From an uncultured Gemmatimonadales bacterium (GTDB taxonomy: Bacteria > Gemmatimonadota > Gemmatimonadetes > Gemmatimonadales > GWC2-71-9): a DNA stretch of 64,000 nucleotides. The stretch spans positions 1,139,361 through 1,203,360 of the forward strand of contig CAWGVP010000002.1 in the NCBI GenBank assembly GCA_963826065.1, read 5' to 3'. Each line of letters begins with the position of its first letter. Position 1 is the first letter of the stretch. A model generated the notes under the pieces. The model was given only the letters and a program-made list of their open reading frames with translations. It made no database searches and was not told the DNA's origin. Below are positions 52,490 to 61,780 of this stretch, in pieces. Position numbers and translations under genes: made by a program.

Positions 52490-53401
52490 TCAGCCACCGT
52501 CCGCGAGCGTCGAAGGGCTCGGCGCGAGCACGGGATCGGGCTTCCGCTCGCGCCAGGCCGCCCGCAGCATCATGATCGCGGCATAGAGCACGACGAGGGT
52601 GACCAGGGCGCGGAGGGCCGTGAGCGGCAGCGACTTCACGATGAAGGCCGCCAGGAGAACGGCGGGCACCCCGCCGATCGCCAGACCGAGAGCCGGCCGG
52701 AGGCTGTAGGCGCCGCTCCGGATGAACCGCATGCTCGCGATCGGCATCAGGAAGGCGCACGAGCCCATCATGATGGGAAACGCCGCCCGGGGATCCATCC
52801 CCAGCAGGCTGATCATGATGAGGCAGGGCGCGTAGAGGCCGATGCCGAGCGTCATCAGCGCGCCCAACATGAAGTTTCCGATCAGGCCGAGCGCCATCCG
52901 AGGGCCCCGCAGCGCCAGGGCCTCTCCGCCGCCGGGCATCATCTGGAGGTTGGCCAGGGTGAAGAGAACGGCCGCCGCGAGCAGCGCCAGACCCATGCCG
53001 ATCTGGATCTTGCGGCGCGACCACCTGCACACCACTCCCGCCCCCAGCCAGGCCCCCAGGATCGACATGATGATCAGCGAGATCAGGGTGAGAAAGTCCA
53101 CTTCTACGATGACGATGAAGATCAGGGCCTGGGCGAAGGTGGGCAGCGCATGCCCGACATTGAGGGTCCCGGGGATCCGCTCGTCGGGCACCAGCCGCCA
53201 GAGTCGGAAGACCGAGGTGGTCGGGGCGAACGAGCCGATCCCCAGCGTATCGAAGAAGTTGGTGACGAAACCGGTGACGGTCTCGCGCCAGGAGGGCGCC
53301 CCCCGGTCGGGTGCGCGGCGGGCGGCGGTGGCCCACACGTAGATGTAGGCTACACTCACCGCGGCGAGCGCCAGGAGCAGCCAGGTCTTTGGCGAAGGCA
53401 T
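52490..53401 (-). CDS. TauE/SafE-family sulfite/anion exporter
   Basis: 303 aa, about 8 TM segments, and a duplicated motif region (FFDTLGIGSFAPTT / MTLGIGLYAPCL). Confidence 0.8.
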   Translation of the reverse strand: MPSPKTWLLLALAAVSVAYIYVWATAARRAPDRGAPSWRETVTGFVTNFFDTLGIGSFAPTTSVFRLWRLVPDERIPGTLNVGHALPTFAQALIFIVIVEVDFLTLISLIIMSILGAWLGAGVVCRWSRRKIQIGMGLALLAAAVLFTLANLQMMPGGGEALALRGPRMALGLIGNFMLGALMTLGIGLYAPCLIMISLLGMDPRAAFPIMMGSCAFLMPIASMRFIRSGAYSLRPALGLAIGGVPAVLLAAFIVKSLPLTALRALVTLVVLYAAIMMLRAAWRERKPDPVLAPSPSTLADGG

Positions 53402-53481
53402 GGATCGGCCGATGGTTGAGGGAGTCTGCCCACTAATATGACACGGGAGCCCTGGAGCCGGTCAGTCCCGCCTCGGACCGC

Positions 53482-54531
53482 TCAGCGCAATCCCGCCAGG
53501 ATCCCGGCGATCCTCCGCCGCTGCTCCGGATCCGGAGTCATGCTCTGGGCCTTGGTGTACATCTCGACCGCCCGGCGCTTGTCGCCCTTCGTGGCGTAGG
53601 CCTCTCCCAAGCTGTCGTACACGTTCCAGCTCTTGGGATAGTCCTTGACGTTCTTTCGGAAGACGACGATCGCCGAGTCCACCTTGCCCTCACCCATGAG
53701 CTGGTAGCCGTAGTTGTTCATGTTCGCCTCTGTCGCGATCGCGAACGCCCGGCGCTGGAGATCCGCGGCCTCCGCACGGTCCCCCTTCTTGTCCATCAGG
53801 GTCGCCTTGAGCTGCAGATTGGCGAAGTTCTCGTTGATGTCGATGGAGCGCTGGGCCCACTCGGCCGCCTCGTCCAGATTCACGTCGTTCGCGACGCACC
53901 AGTTGGCCGCCTGCACCCACGGCTGCCAGAAGAACCGGCCCAGCCCGCGGAGCTGCTGTCGCAGGCTGTCCACCACGACCGCCTTGTGGTCCACCTCGAT
54001 GGTGAACGGCACCGCCAGTTTCTCCCACCGCAGCGTCGCAACCGCCGATCCCGGCTGCGGATCGTCCAGGGTATAGACCAGCGACTCCTGGAACGGCGCC
54101 GCCACCGGTGTCGCCTGGAGCCGGACCACGTCCTCGTCCGGATCGTAGCTGAAGCTGCCCCAGGCGTCCGCCTGGCGGCTCAGGATCACGGTCCAATCGC
54201 CGGTCCTGGGAATCATGTGGACACCATAGCGGCCGGCGGCCAGCTGCTGCCCCCCGACCCGGACCGGCGAGCTGAAGGCGATGACCGTGTTCTCGTTGGC
54301 CCCGGCCCGCCACACCGAGTCGTAGGGCACCAGCTTCCCCCACACCTCCCGGCCTTTCACCTGCGGGCGGTCGTAGGTGATGCCGATCTCGGTGAGGCCG
54401 ACCGTCTGGCTGACGGTGGCGCGCTGACTGGCCTTGGGAAGCACGAGGTTGGGGACCTGAGCCCGCAGGGGGGCGGCAAGTCCCAGAGTGGTACAAGCGA
54501 GGATACTGGCGCCGACGACGATTCGGTGCAT
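53482..54531 (-). CDS. DUF2911 domain plus TPR-repeat secreted protein
   Basis: Signal peptide MHRIVVGASILACTTLGLAAPLRAQ. DSVWRAGANENTVIAFS is the DUF2911 signature. TPR-like C-terminus. Confidence 0.8.
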   Translation of the reverse strand: MHRIVVGASILACTTLGLAAPLRAQVPNLVLPKASQRATVSQTVGLTEIGITYDRPQVKGREVWGKLVPYDSVWRAGANENTVIAFSSPVRVGGQQLAAGRYGVHMIPRTGDWTVILSRQADAWGSFSYDPDEDVVRLQATPVAAPFQESLVYTLDDPQPGSAVATLRWEKLAVPFTIEVDHKAVVVDSLRQQLRGLGRFFWQPWVQAANWCVANDVNLDEAAEWAQRSIDINENFANLQLKATLMDKKGDRAEAADLQRRAFAIATEANMNNYGYQLMGEGKVDSAIVVFRKNVKDYPKSWNVYDSLGEAYATKGDKRRAVEMYTKAQSMTPDPEQRRRIAGILAGLR

Positions 54532-54562
54532 GGAGCACTCCAATGAGATGGGAATTCCGTCC

Positions 54563-55807
54563 CTACGGAGCGAGCGGAGAGGAGGTTACGGCCGGCCGCG
54601 GGGTCTGCTCGATAGCGGGGAGATCCGGCAGGTCGTCCCGCGTGACGCCAAGCTCCTTGAAGCGCCGTGCCGAGACGAGCACCCGCGTCTCCAGCGACCC
54701 GACCGCCCGATTGTAGCCCTCCACCGCCCGCTCCAGGCCCCGGCGCAGCTCCTCGAAGTGGCCCGCGAGGGTGCCCAGCCGCTCGTGGAGCTCGCGGCCG
54801 AGGTCGCTGATCTCCCGGGCGTTGCGGGCGATCTGCTCCTGCCGCCACCCGTAGGCGATGGCCCGTAGCAGCGAGATGAGCGTCGTGGGGCTGGCGGGAA
54901 TCACCTGCTGCCCGACGCCGAACTCGATCAGCGAAGGATCCTGCTGGCAGGCGGCGCTGAAGAAGGTCTCGCCGGGGAGGAACATCACCACGAAGTCCGG
55001 CGCCGGCTGGAACTGATTCCAGTAGGCCTTGCTGCCGAGCGAGATCATGTGCTCGCGCACCTGGCGGGCATGATCCCGCAGGAGCCCTTCCCGCACCCCG
55101 TCCTCCACCGCGCCGTCCATGGCGTCGAGGTAGGCCGACATCGGCGCCTTGGCGTCCACCACGACGGTCTTGCCGCCGGGAAGCCGCACCACCAGGTCGG
55201 GCCGGAGCCAGCCGCTCTCGGTGGCGACGGTAGTCTGCTCCTCGAAATCGCAGTACTCGAGCATGCCCGCCATCTCGACCACCCGGCGCAGCTGGATCTC
55301 GCCCCAGCGGCCCCGCACGTGAGGAGCGCGGAGCGCCTTCACCAGATTCCCGGTCTCGGCGTGAAGCGCCTGCTGGGTGCGAGTCATCGCACTCACCTGC
55401 TCGATCAGGCCGGCGTAGGATGCCACCCGTTCCTTCTCCACCTCGTGCAGCTTGCCGTCCACCCGCGCCAGCGCCTCCTGGATCGGCCGGATCAGGTCGT
55501 CCACGGCCCGGCGACGCAGCTCCAGGTCGCTGGACGCAGACTGCTGAAGCTCGCCCAGTTTGGTCTGGGCCAGCTCGAGGAAGGACTGGTTGTTCTGCCG
55601 CAGGGCCTCGGCCGAGAGCGAGGAGAACGCCTCCCGCAACCGGCTCTCGGCCCGCCCCAGCAGGGCGAGCTTCTCCGCCGACCCCTGCCGCTCGGCCTCG
55701 AGGCGGGCGAGTATGCGGGCGATGGCAATCCGCCCTGCGAGCCAAGCGATCAGGGCGCCGGCCGCGGCGCCGAGCGCGATACCGAACAGGAATGAACCGA
55801 TGTCCAT
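54563..55807 (-). CDS. rmuC: DNA recombination protein RmuC
   Basis: Start moved to ATG 55807 ([25 protein letters not shown] anchor). Coiled-coil region. [25 protein letters not shown] nuclease-like core. Confidence 0.88.
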   Translation of the reverse strand: MDIGSFLFGIALGAAAGALIAWLAGRIAIARILARLEAERQGSAEKLALLGRAESRLREAFSSLSAEALRQNNQSFLELAQTKLGELQQSASSDLELRRRAVDDLIRPIQEALARVDGKLHEVEKERVASYAGLIEQVSAMTRTQQALHAETGNLVKALRAPHVRGRWGEIQLRRVVEMAGMLEYCDFEEQTTVATESGWLRPDLVVRLPGGKTVVVDAKAPMSAYLDAMDGAVEDGVREGLLRDHARQVREHMISLGSKAYWNQFQPAPDFVVMFLPGETFFSAACQQDPSLIEFGVGQQVIPASPTTLISLLRAIAYGWRQEQIARNAREISDLGRELHERLGTLAGHFEELRRGLERAVEGYNRAVGSLETRVLVSARRFKELGVTRDDLPDLPAIEQTPRPAVTSSPLAP

Positions 55808-57059
55808 GCGGGCCTCAGTCTGGAATGCGATACGAGGGTGCTGCATCGCCACCACCCTGCTGGGCGGGTGCGCGAGGGCCCGGGAGACGCCGCCTGAGGC
55901 GGATCCGGGGCGCGCGACGGTCGTGCTGGTGTCGCTCGACGGCTTTCGGTGGGACTATCTCGATCGCGGGCTCACGCCCAATCTGTCACGCCTGGCGCGC
56001 GAGGGGGTGCGTGCGGAGGCGATGGTGCCGGTGTTTCCCACCAAGACCTTTCCCAACCACTACACCATAGTGACCGGCCGCTTCCCGGCGAAGCACGGCA
56101 TCCTGGGCAACGTGTTCACCGCGCCCGACGTCGCCGGCCGGTTCTCACTCCGGGACCGAGACGCAGCGGGCGACGGCCGCTATTTCCTGGCCGAACCCAT
56201 CTGGGTGACCGCGGAGAAACAGGGGCGGCCGACGGCTCCCATGTTCTGGCCGGGGAGCGAAGCGCCGATCGGCGGCGTGCGTCCCACCTACGCGGTTCCC
56301 TTCGACGGCACCATGCCGGACACGCTCCGGGTCCGCCGGCTGCTCGACTGGCTCGACCTGCCGAGCGCCCGGAGGCCGACGCTCCTGACCCTTTACTCCA
56401 GCGCGGTGGACAACGCGGGACACGATCACGGGCCCGACGCCGAGCCGACCCGCCGCGCGATCGCCCAGGTGGACAGCCTGATCGGCTTTCTGCTCGCCGG
56501 TCTGGCGCGCCGCGAAACGGCGCACCAGGTGAATCTAGTGATCGTCTCCGACCACGGCATGGCTTCCACCGGACCCGATCGGGTAGTGTGGCTCGACGAC
56601 TACGTGTCGGGAGACGCGATGCGGGTGGATGAGATGTCGGCCCTCCTCGCCGCCTGGCCGGCAGAGGGGTTGGAGGACTCGGTCTATCGGGCGCTGGGAC
56701 GCGCGCCTCACCTGGCGGTCTATCGCAAGGCGGCGCTGCCGGCCCGATTTCATTTAGAGGGAAGTCCTCGGGTGGCACCGATCGTGGCGATCGCGGATGA
56801 GGGGTGGACCATCGCCCAGCGCACCGCCGCCGATCCCCGTCCCACCGTGCTGCGGGGGAATCACGGCTACGACGACACGCTCTCTTCCATGCGGGCCATC
56901 TTCATCGCGCACGGGCCGGCTTTTCGGCGCGCCGTGACCGTGCCTCCGTTCCGGAACATCCACGTGTATCCGTTGCTCGCCGCGGTGCTGGGTCTCGACC
57001 CGGCGCCGACCGACGGCTCCCTCGATTCGGTCCGGGCTATGCTGCGGAATCAACCGTGA
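55806..57059 (+). CDS. Ectonucleotide pyrophosphatase/phosphodiesterase (alkaline-phosphatase superfamily) lipoprotein
   Basis: [33 protein letters not shown] and SDHGM. Probable start at ATG 55806 or 55800 (M(SM)[21 protein letters not shown]). Confidence 0.85.
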   Translation: MRASVWNAIRGCCIATTLLGGCARARETPPEADPGRATVVLVSLDGFRWDYLDRGLTPNLSRLAREGVRAEAMVPVFPTKTFPNHYTIVTGRFPAKHGILGNVFTAPDVAGRFSLRDRDAAGDGRYFLAEPIWVTAEKQGRPTAPMFWPGSEAPIGGVRPTYAVPFDGTMPDTLRVRRLLDWLDLPSARRPTLLTLYSSAVDNAGHDHGPDAEPTRRAIAQVDSLIGFLLAGLARRETAHQVNLVIVSDHGMASTGPDRVVWLDDYVSGDAMRVDEMSALLAAWPAEGLEDSVYRALGRAPHLAVYRKAALPARFHLEGSPRVAPIVAIADEGWTIAQRTAADPRPTVLRGNHGYDDTLSSMRAIFIAHGPAFRRAVTVPPFRNIHVYPLLAAVLGLDPAPTDGSLDSVRAMLRNQP

Positions 57060-57066
57060 CCGATGC

Positions 57067-59508
57067 TCACGGCCGCGGCAGCCGGGAAAGCACGAACTGG
57101 ACGGCGAGGTTCGTTCCGTTCCACAACTGGATGTCGGAGCTGGTACCATAGCGGGTCGGCCGCAGCTTCCCCTCCTCGATCCGGTAGCTCCAGAGCTCGT
57201 TGTGCTCGAGCCCGGAGGCGTGCACCGCGGCGAGCGATCGCCTCAAGGCGTCGTCGAGGGCGCGAAGGTAGGGCTGGAGCGCAGGATCCCTGACCCGGCC
57301 GCCGGCATCGAATCCGCCGGCGATCTGACTCGCGAGACCGAGGAACAGCAGGTTGACCTCGCGACCCCATACCACGCGGGGCCCATGGTAGGGGTCCTTC
57401 CGAAAGCGCTCCCAGATCTCGACCGGTGCGTAAGCGTCGTTGACCACCAGCGGACCGAGCCCGTCGGCGAACAGCGCCACGGGGTGGGTGCGGACGAATG
57501 GCTCGATGTCGCGCAAGACGTCGGCCGCTTTCAACCGTCCGTCCACCACGCGCGCGGTGAGGTCCTCGAGGAAGAGTCCGGTCGCGGGGTCGGTATTGAC
57601 CACCGGGATCGGCCGGCCGTTCTCGTCGAGTGAGAGGGACAGGAAGACGAGCGAGTCCCGAGGCTCGCCGGCGGAGGCCAGCACCTTCTCCCAGTAGCGC
57701 CGTTCCTCCTCGGGGAGCCAGGTCAGCTTCGCCTGAAGCCGCTCGCGAATCTCGCGGGGTCCGACCGTCACCTCGAAGTGGCGGCGGGCGCCACGCCAGG
57801 TCTCGATGGCGCGCCGGAGCGACCCGGGGTCGCGGAAGTAGCCGGCCAACGGCGTGCCGGCGAGGTCGGGTGCGATCGAATCGAGCCGGCCGCGGCCCAG
57901 GCCGAGCGAGTCGAGCGCGTCCAGGATCGTTCCCATGGCCTCCAGCGCCTGGGGTGCCCAGATGGCGTTCACGTCCATCGCGAACCGGCCGCCGGCGTAT
58001 CCGGCGTCGCTGTCACGCCAGCTCGCCGAACGCCGGTGGACCGAGTCGCGCAGGGGAAAGCCGATCAGGTTGAGCGCCCGAGGATCCTCCGCGTAGGCGC
58101 GGGTCTGCGCCGCCACCAGGGCCAGCTCCCGCAGCATCCGTGCGATCCGCGGCTCGCCGCCCTGGGTGGTGTCGAGCAGGAAGGCGCGCTTCCGCTCCGC
58201 CGCCAGCGCCCCGTCGGCCAGGTACCGGGCGGTGAGGATCGGAAGCTGGAGCTCGTCGTCGATCATGTGATAGTTCTCGCGGGTGGCCTGGAGGCTCCCC
58301 AGCACCGCGCGGGCGCCGAGACGGAGGCTGTCCGCCGCGCCGCGGCGCTCCGTCCGCACGGCGTCGAGATAGGCGGTGACGAGTGAATCGTAGACCACCG
58401 CGTTTTCCCGGATGGCCTGACCGCCCAAGGCCTCCTCGTGGCTCACCGACCCGTCGGGACCGAGCTTCCGCACCACGCTGGCGATCACATGCTCCGACAT
58501 TTCGGGCGACCAGACCGGGCGCATCATGAGCGCGGTCATCATCATGTCGCGGCCGAAATAGGTCGCGAAGTTGGGCAGGCCGGCCATCAGCTTCTCTCGG
58601 GTGCTCAGCAGCTCGACCGCGCGGACCTGGCGCTCCAGCCGCCGGTAGCGAACGATGGCGGCGCTGTCGCGCGCGCCGGCCGCCCGGGAGAGGAACTCCT
58701 GAAAGTCGCGGTTGAAGATTTCGTCCCGGCCCAACGGCGTGAGCGCCGCCGCGTCGGTGAGGATGCGAACGGTAAGCGATACCGGACCGCCGGACCGGGA
58801 CCGGATTGCAATGGTGCGCTGCGTGGGCCGGAGGACGGCATCTCCGGGATCGGTTCGCAGCTCGACGGCGAGCCGATTGCGTCCGTCGAGCGAGGGCCGC
58901 TCCACGCGCAGGCGCCAGCCATCGCCCACCCGCGTGACCGCGATGGTCGGCTGGAGCCTGGCACTCAACTGTTCCAGCGTGCGTGCCCCGACCAAGGCCA
59001 GGTGCCGCCTCCGCTCTTCCGCCGGAAGCCGCGCGACCGCCGCGACCAGCAGCGATTCCTCGGCGACGCGGAAGGGCGGACCGCGGAACGGCAGCAGGTG
59101 TCGTCCACCGTACTGGAAGTCGCGCTCCACCCGCATGGACCCGAGCAGAAACCACCCCAGCTCGATCTTCGGCGAGACGGTGGTGATGCGGTACTCCAGG
59201 CTGCGCGACGCGCCCGAATCGGCGACCCGCGCCGGCCCCTCGCCCCAGGTCACCCGTGCCGCTCTGGCGGCGCCGTCGCGCAGGGTGAAGCCGATGCTCT
59301 CGTTGGCCGCGTCGGCCCAGACGTGCACCACCCGTCCCGCGCGCGGCTCCAGGTAGATCTGGACCGCGTTTCGTTTCGAGTCCCGGTAGAACCGGGTCTG
59401 ATAGCCCCGGTACGCAGCCGAATCGTCCAGCCCGGGCTCGGGAAAGGCCAGGACCGGCTCGACCGGGCCCGATTGCAGCAGCAGCGCGATCGCGAGGACG
59501 CCGATCAT
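57067..59508 (-). CDS. Large secreted protein with a C-terminal (alpha/alpha)6 six-hairpin glycosidase-like region (GDE_C/GH15-like)
   Basis: N-terminal signal-like MIGVLAIALLLQSG. FATYFGRDMMMTAL, AMDVNAIWAPQALEAM and ELWSY..DIQLWNGTN resemble debranching-enzyme-type barrels. The ATG overlaps the GH65 stop as ATGA. The family call is tentative. Confidence 0.6.
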   Translation of the reverse strand: MIGVLAIALLLQSGPVEPVLAFPEPGLDDSAAYRGYQTRFYRDSKRNAVQIYLEPRAGRVVHVWADAANESIGFTLRDGAARAARVTWGEGPARVADSGASRSLEYRITTVSPKIELGWFLLGSMRVERDFQYGGRHLLPFRGPPFRVAEESLLVAAVARLPAEERRRHLALVGARTLEQLSARLQPTIAVTRVGDGWRLRVERPSLDGRNRLAVELRTDPGDAVLRPTQRTIAIRSRSGGPVSLTVRILTDAAALTPLGRDEIFNRDFQEFLSRAAGARDSAAIVRYRRLERQVRAVELLSTREKLMAGLPNFATYFGRDMMMTALMMRPVWSPEMSEHVIASVVRKLGPDGSVSHEEALGGQAIRENAVVYDSLVTAYLDAVRTERRGAADSLRLGARAVLGSLQATRENYHMIDDELQLPILTARYLADGALAAERKRAFLLDTTQGGEPRIARMLRELALVAAQTRAYAEDPRALNLIGFPLRDSVHRRSASWRDSDAGYAGGRFAMDVNAIWAPQALEAMGTILDALDSLGLGRGRLDSIAPDLAGTPLAGYFRDPGSLRRAIETWRGARRHFEVTVGPREIRERLQAKLTWLPEEERRYWEKVLASAGEPRDSLVFLSLSLDENGRPIPVVNTDPATGLFLEDLTARVVDGRLKAADVLRDIEPFVRTHPVALFADGLGPLVVNDAYAPVEIWERFRKDPYHGPRVVWGREVNLLFLGLASQIAGGFDAGGRVRDPALQPYLRALDDALRRSLAAVHASGLEHNELWSYRIEEGKLRPTRYGTSSDIQLWNGTNLAVQFVLSRLPRP

Positions 59509-61694
59509 CGCGCGTCACCGTCCGGGTGCGGCAGCATGCGCCGGCCGCTCGAATCCACCACGATGTCGTAGCGCTTGCCCCGGTTGAACACATTCCGCAG
59601 CGTGAGCCGGGTGATGCGGGACGGCAGGAGTGGCTGAAAGGCGGGCTCCAGACCGCTCTCACCCCACCTGAGCCCGGTGTACCCGTAGATGACCTGCTGA
59701 AGGAATCCGCCGGCCCCGGTCACGAAGTTCACGGCGTCGTTCGAGGGCGTCTCCGAGAGCATGAGGAACGGACCGCGCAGGTGCCCCTGGTAGCTGTGGG
59801 GGAGGAGCGAGTCCAGCAGGGGGCGATCGCCCAGCTCGGCCGCGTCCACCGAGAGCAGCGTCGAGCCCATCATCGCCCCGGGTCCCTCCGCCAGGAGACG
59901 GCGGACCGCCTGCCGGAGCTGGGTCCGTTTGGCCCGCTCGCTCATCGGTACGCCGAGGGGATAGCTGAGGAGCGGCGTGACGGCGCCAAGCGTGGAGTCG
60001 GGCGCGCCCTCGTACGTCCGATAGTACTCGCTCGCGGAGTCGTACGGCATGTGGAGCCCGGCGCCGACCTCGGTCCATCGCGGGTCGGGGGCCTCACCGA
60101 TCCGCGAGCTCGCCGCCACCGCGATCTCCAGATTCTTGCGCGCGACCGCATTGGTGTAGGCGTCGTCGCTCACGCCGATGAGCCCCTCGTGCACCGAGAC
60201 CACGCTGTCGATGTGGTAGCGACCTCCCGCGGAGTCGCGTCGGGCACGGCTCACCCAGAAGTTCGCCGTCTCGCGGATGACGGGATAGCCGTCGCGAGCC
60301 AGCCACGCGGAGTCGCCGGTGGCCAGATAGTATTGCCACTGCGCCAGGGCCACGTCGCCGTTGACGTGGATCTCCATCTTGGCGTTCTGCACCGCGAAGT
60401 GCGGCGTGGTCTCGACGCCGCGCTCGTCCGCCTCCCAGGGATACATCGCGCCCTGGAAGCCGTTGGCCCGGGCGTTCGCCCGCGCCGCATCGAGTGTGCG
60501 GCGCCGAAAGGCGACCAGCGACCGGGCCACGTCCGGATGGGTGGCCAGGAGCGAGGGGAACATCCAGGTATCGGAGTCCCAGAAGACGTGCCCATAGTAC
60601 CCCCCGCTGGAGAGTCCCATCGGGGGGATCCCCATGGCGGTCCCCTCGGCGCCGCTGGCGAGGAGATAGAAGAGCATGGACCGGACCACCCGCTGGAGGG
60701 CGGAGTCGCCTTCGATCTCGATGTCGGTTTCCCATCGCCGTTGCCAGGCGAGGGCGTTGTCGGCGGCGAGCGCGTCCCAGCCGCGGGCGCTCGCGGCCTC
60801 CGCTTCGCGGCTGGCGCGCGCCGGTGCCCCCGGATCCGTGCCTGAGGTATCGAAGCCGACGACGTGGGTCAGGTGATAGGTCCGGCCGGCCGCGGCGTCG
60901 AAGGCGAGCTCGACCGCGGCGGTATCGCCCGACGCGCGAGGGCGGGCCTCGGGGCGGACGAGGTCGGCGGGCCACGCGACGACGGCCGCCTCGGCGAGGA
61001 CGGTCGTGCGCCCCTCGGGCGTGGCGGTGAGGGAAAGGCGCGCGCCATGTCGTACTCCCGCCGCGGCACGGGAACGGACCACCGAATGGCCCGGATACCA
61101 GACGTCCACCGGACCCCACTTGGGATCGGCGCGTGGTGCCGTCGCGAGCGGAAGGCGGCGTGGCGGCGGCCGGCCGACGATCGCGAACCGGACACGCAGC
61201 CGTCCCGCGAAATGGGGGGTGAGGGTCAGCCGGGTCGCGGCCAGGTGGGAGTCGGCCCGGGAGACGAAGGTCTCCACGCGTACCGTGGTGCGCCGGGTGC
61301 CGCTCACCCAGTCGTAGCTGGTACGTGCGGTGCCGGCCCGCATGTCGATCACCTGGCGGTAGTCCTGGATGGCGTCCGGGACCGCCGCACTGTCGAGCCA
61401 CCGGTCGCCGTCCGAGACGGCGAGCGCGTTCCAGGCCGGCAGGCCCACGATGCGCGGCACGTCGCCGGGGGCGTGCTCATACAAGCCGGCCATGAACGAG
61501 TTGCTCGCCCCGATCCCGAGCGCGGGAATCACGATGCCGATCCGGCCATTGCCGATGAAAGGCGACGGTGCGCGGGCGGGGTCGTCGGTGGCGAGATGGA
61601 AGGCGGAGTCCTGCGCGCCCGCCGAAGAGGGCAGCGCCCCGAGCACGAAGAGGAGCTTCCTGATCGGCCGGCGGACGAAGGGAGGGTTGGTCAT
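59505..61694 (-). CDS. Glycoside hydrolase family 65 protein, secreted type
   Basis: Signal peptide (KLLFVLGALPSSAGAQ). GIPPMGLSSGGYYGHVFWDSDTWMFPSLL and YPWEADERG are the GH65 catalytic-domain signature. Confidence 0.88.
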   Translation of the reverse strand: MTNPPFVRRPIRKLLFVLGALPSSAGAQDSAFHLATDDPARAPSPFIGNGRIGIVIPALGIGASNSFMAGLYEHAPGDVPRIVGLPAWNALAVSDGDRWLDSAAVPDAIQDYRQVIDMRAGTARTSYDWVSGTRRTTVRVETFVSRADSHLAATRLTLTPHFAGRLRVRFAIVGRPPPRRLPLATAPRADPKWGPVDVWYPGHSVVRSRAAAGVRHGARLSLTATPEGRTTVLAEAAVVAWPADLVRPEARPRASGDTAAVELAFDAAAGRTYHLTHVVGFDTSGTDPGAPARASREAEAASARGWDALAADNALAWQRRWETDIEIEGDSALQRVVRSMLFYLLASGAEGTAMGIPPMGLSSGGYYGHVFWDSDTWMFPSLLATHPDVARSLVAFRRRTLDAARANARANGFQGAMYPWEADERGVETTPHFAVQNAKMEIHVNGDVALAQWQYYLATGDSAWLARDGYPVIRETANFWVSRARRDSAGGRYHIDSVVSVHEGLIGVSDDAYTNAVARKNLEIAVAASSRIGEAPDPRWTEVGAGLHMPYDSASEYYRTYEGAPDSTLGAVTPLLSYPLGVPMSERAKRTQLRQAVRRLLAEGPGAMMGSTLLSVDAAELGDRPLLDSLLPHSYQGHLRGPFLMLSETPSNDAVNFVTGAGGFLQQVIYGYTGLRWGESGLEPAFQPLLPSRITRLTLRNVFNRGKRYDIVVDSSGRRMLPHPDGDAR

Positions 61695-61703
61695 GAGAAG
61701 ATT

Positions 61704-61767
61704 GTCACCCTGAGCGCAGCGAAGGGGACCTATCGAGCATGGCCGCCTGCGCTCCGCTCAGGATGAC
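61704..61767. repeat. REP/MITE-like palindromic element, copy g
   Basis: GTCACCCTGAGCGCAGCGAAGGGGACC..GGCCGCCTGCGCTCCGCTCAGGATGAC. It lies between the TonB-dependent receptor stop and the GH65 start. Confidence 0.88.
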
Positions 61768-61780
61768 ATGGAGCGGCCGT

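Noticed and set aside
12901-61767. Possibility that the repeated palindromes form a CRISPR array
   Set aside because: The copies are 6-15 kb apart with genes between them. Each is an inverted repeat with a variable centre rather than a direct repeat with spacers. No cas genes are present.
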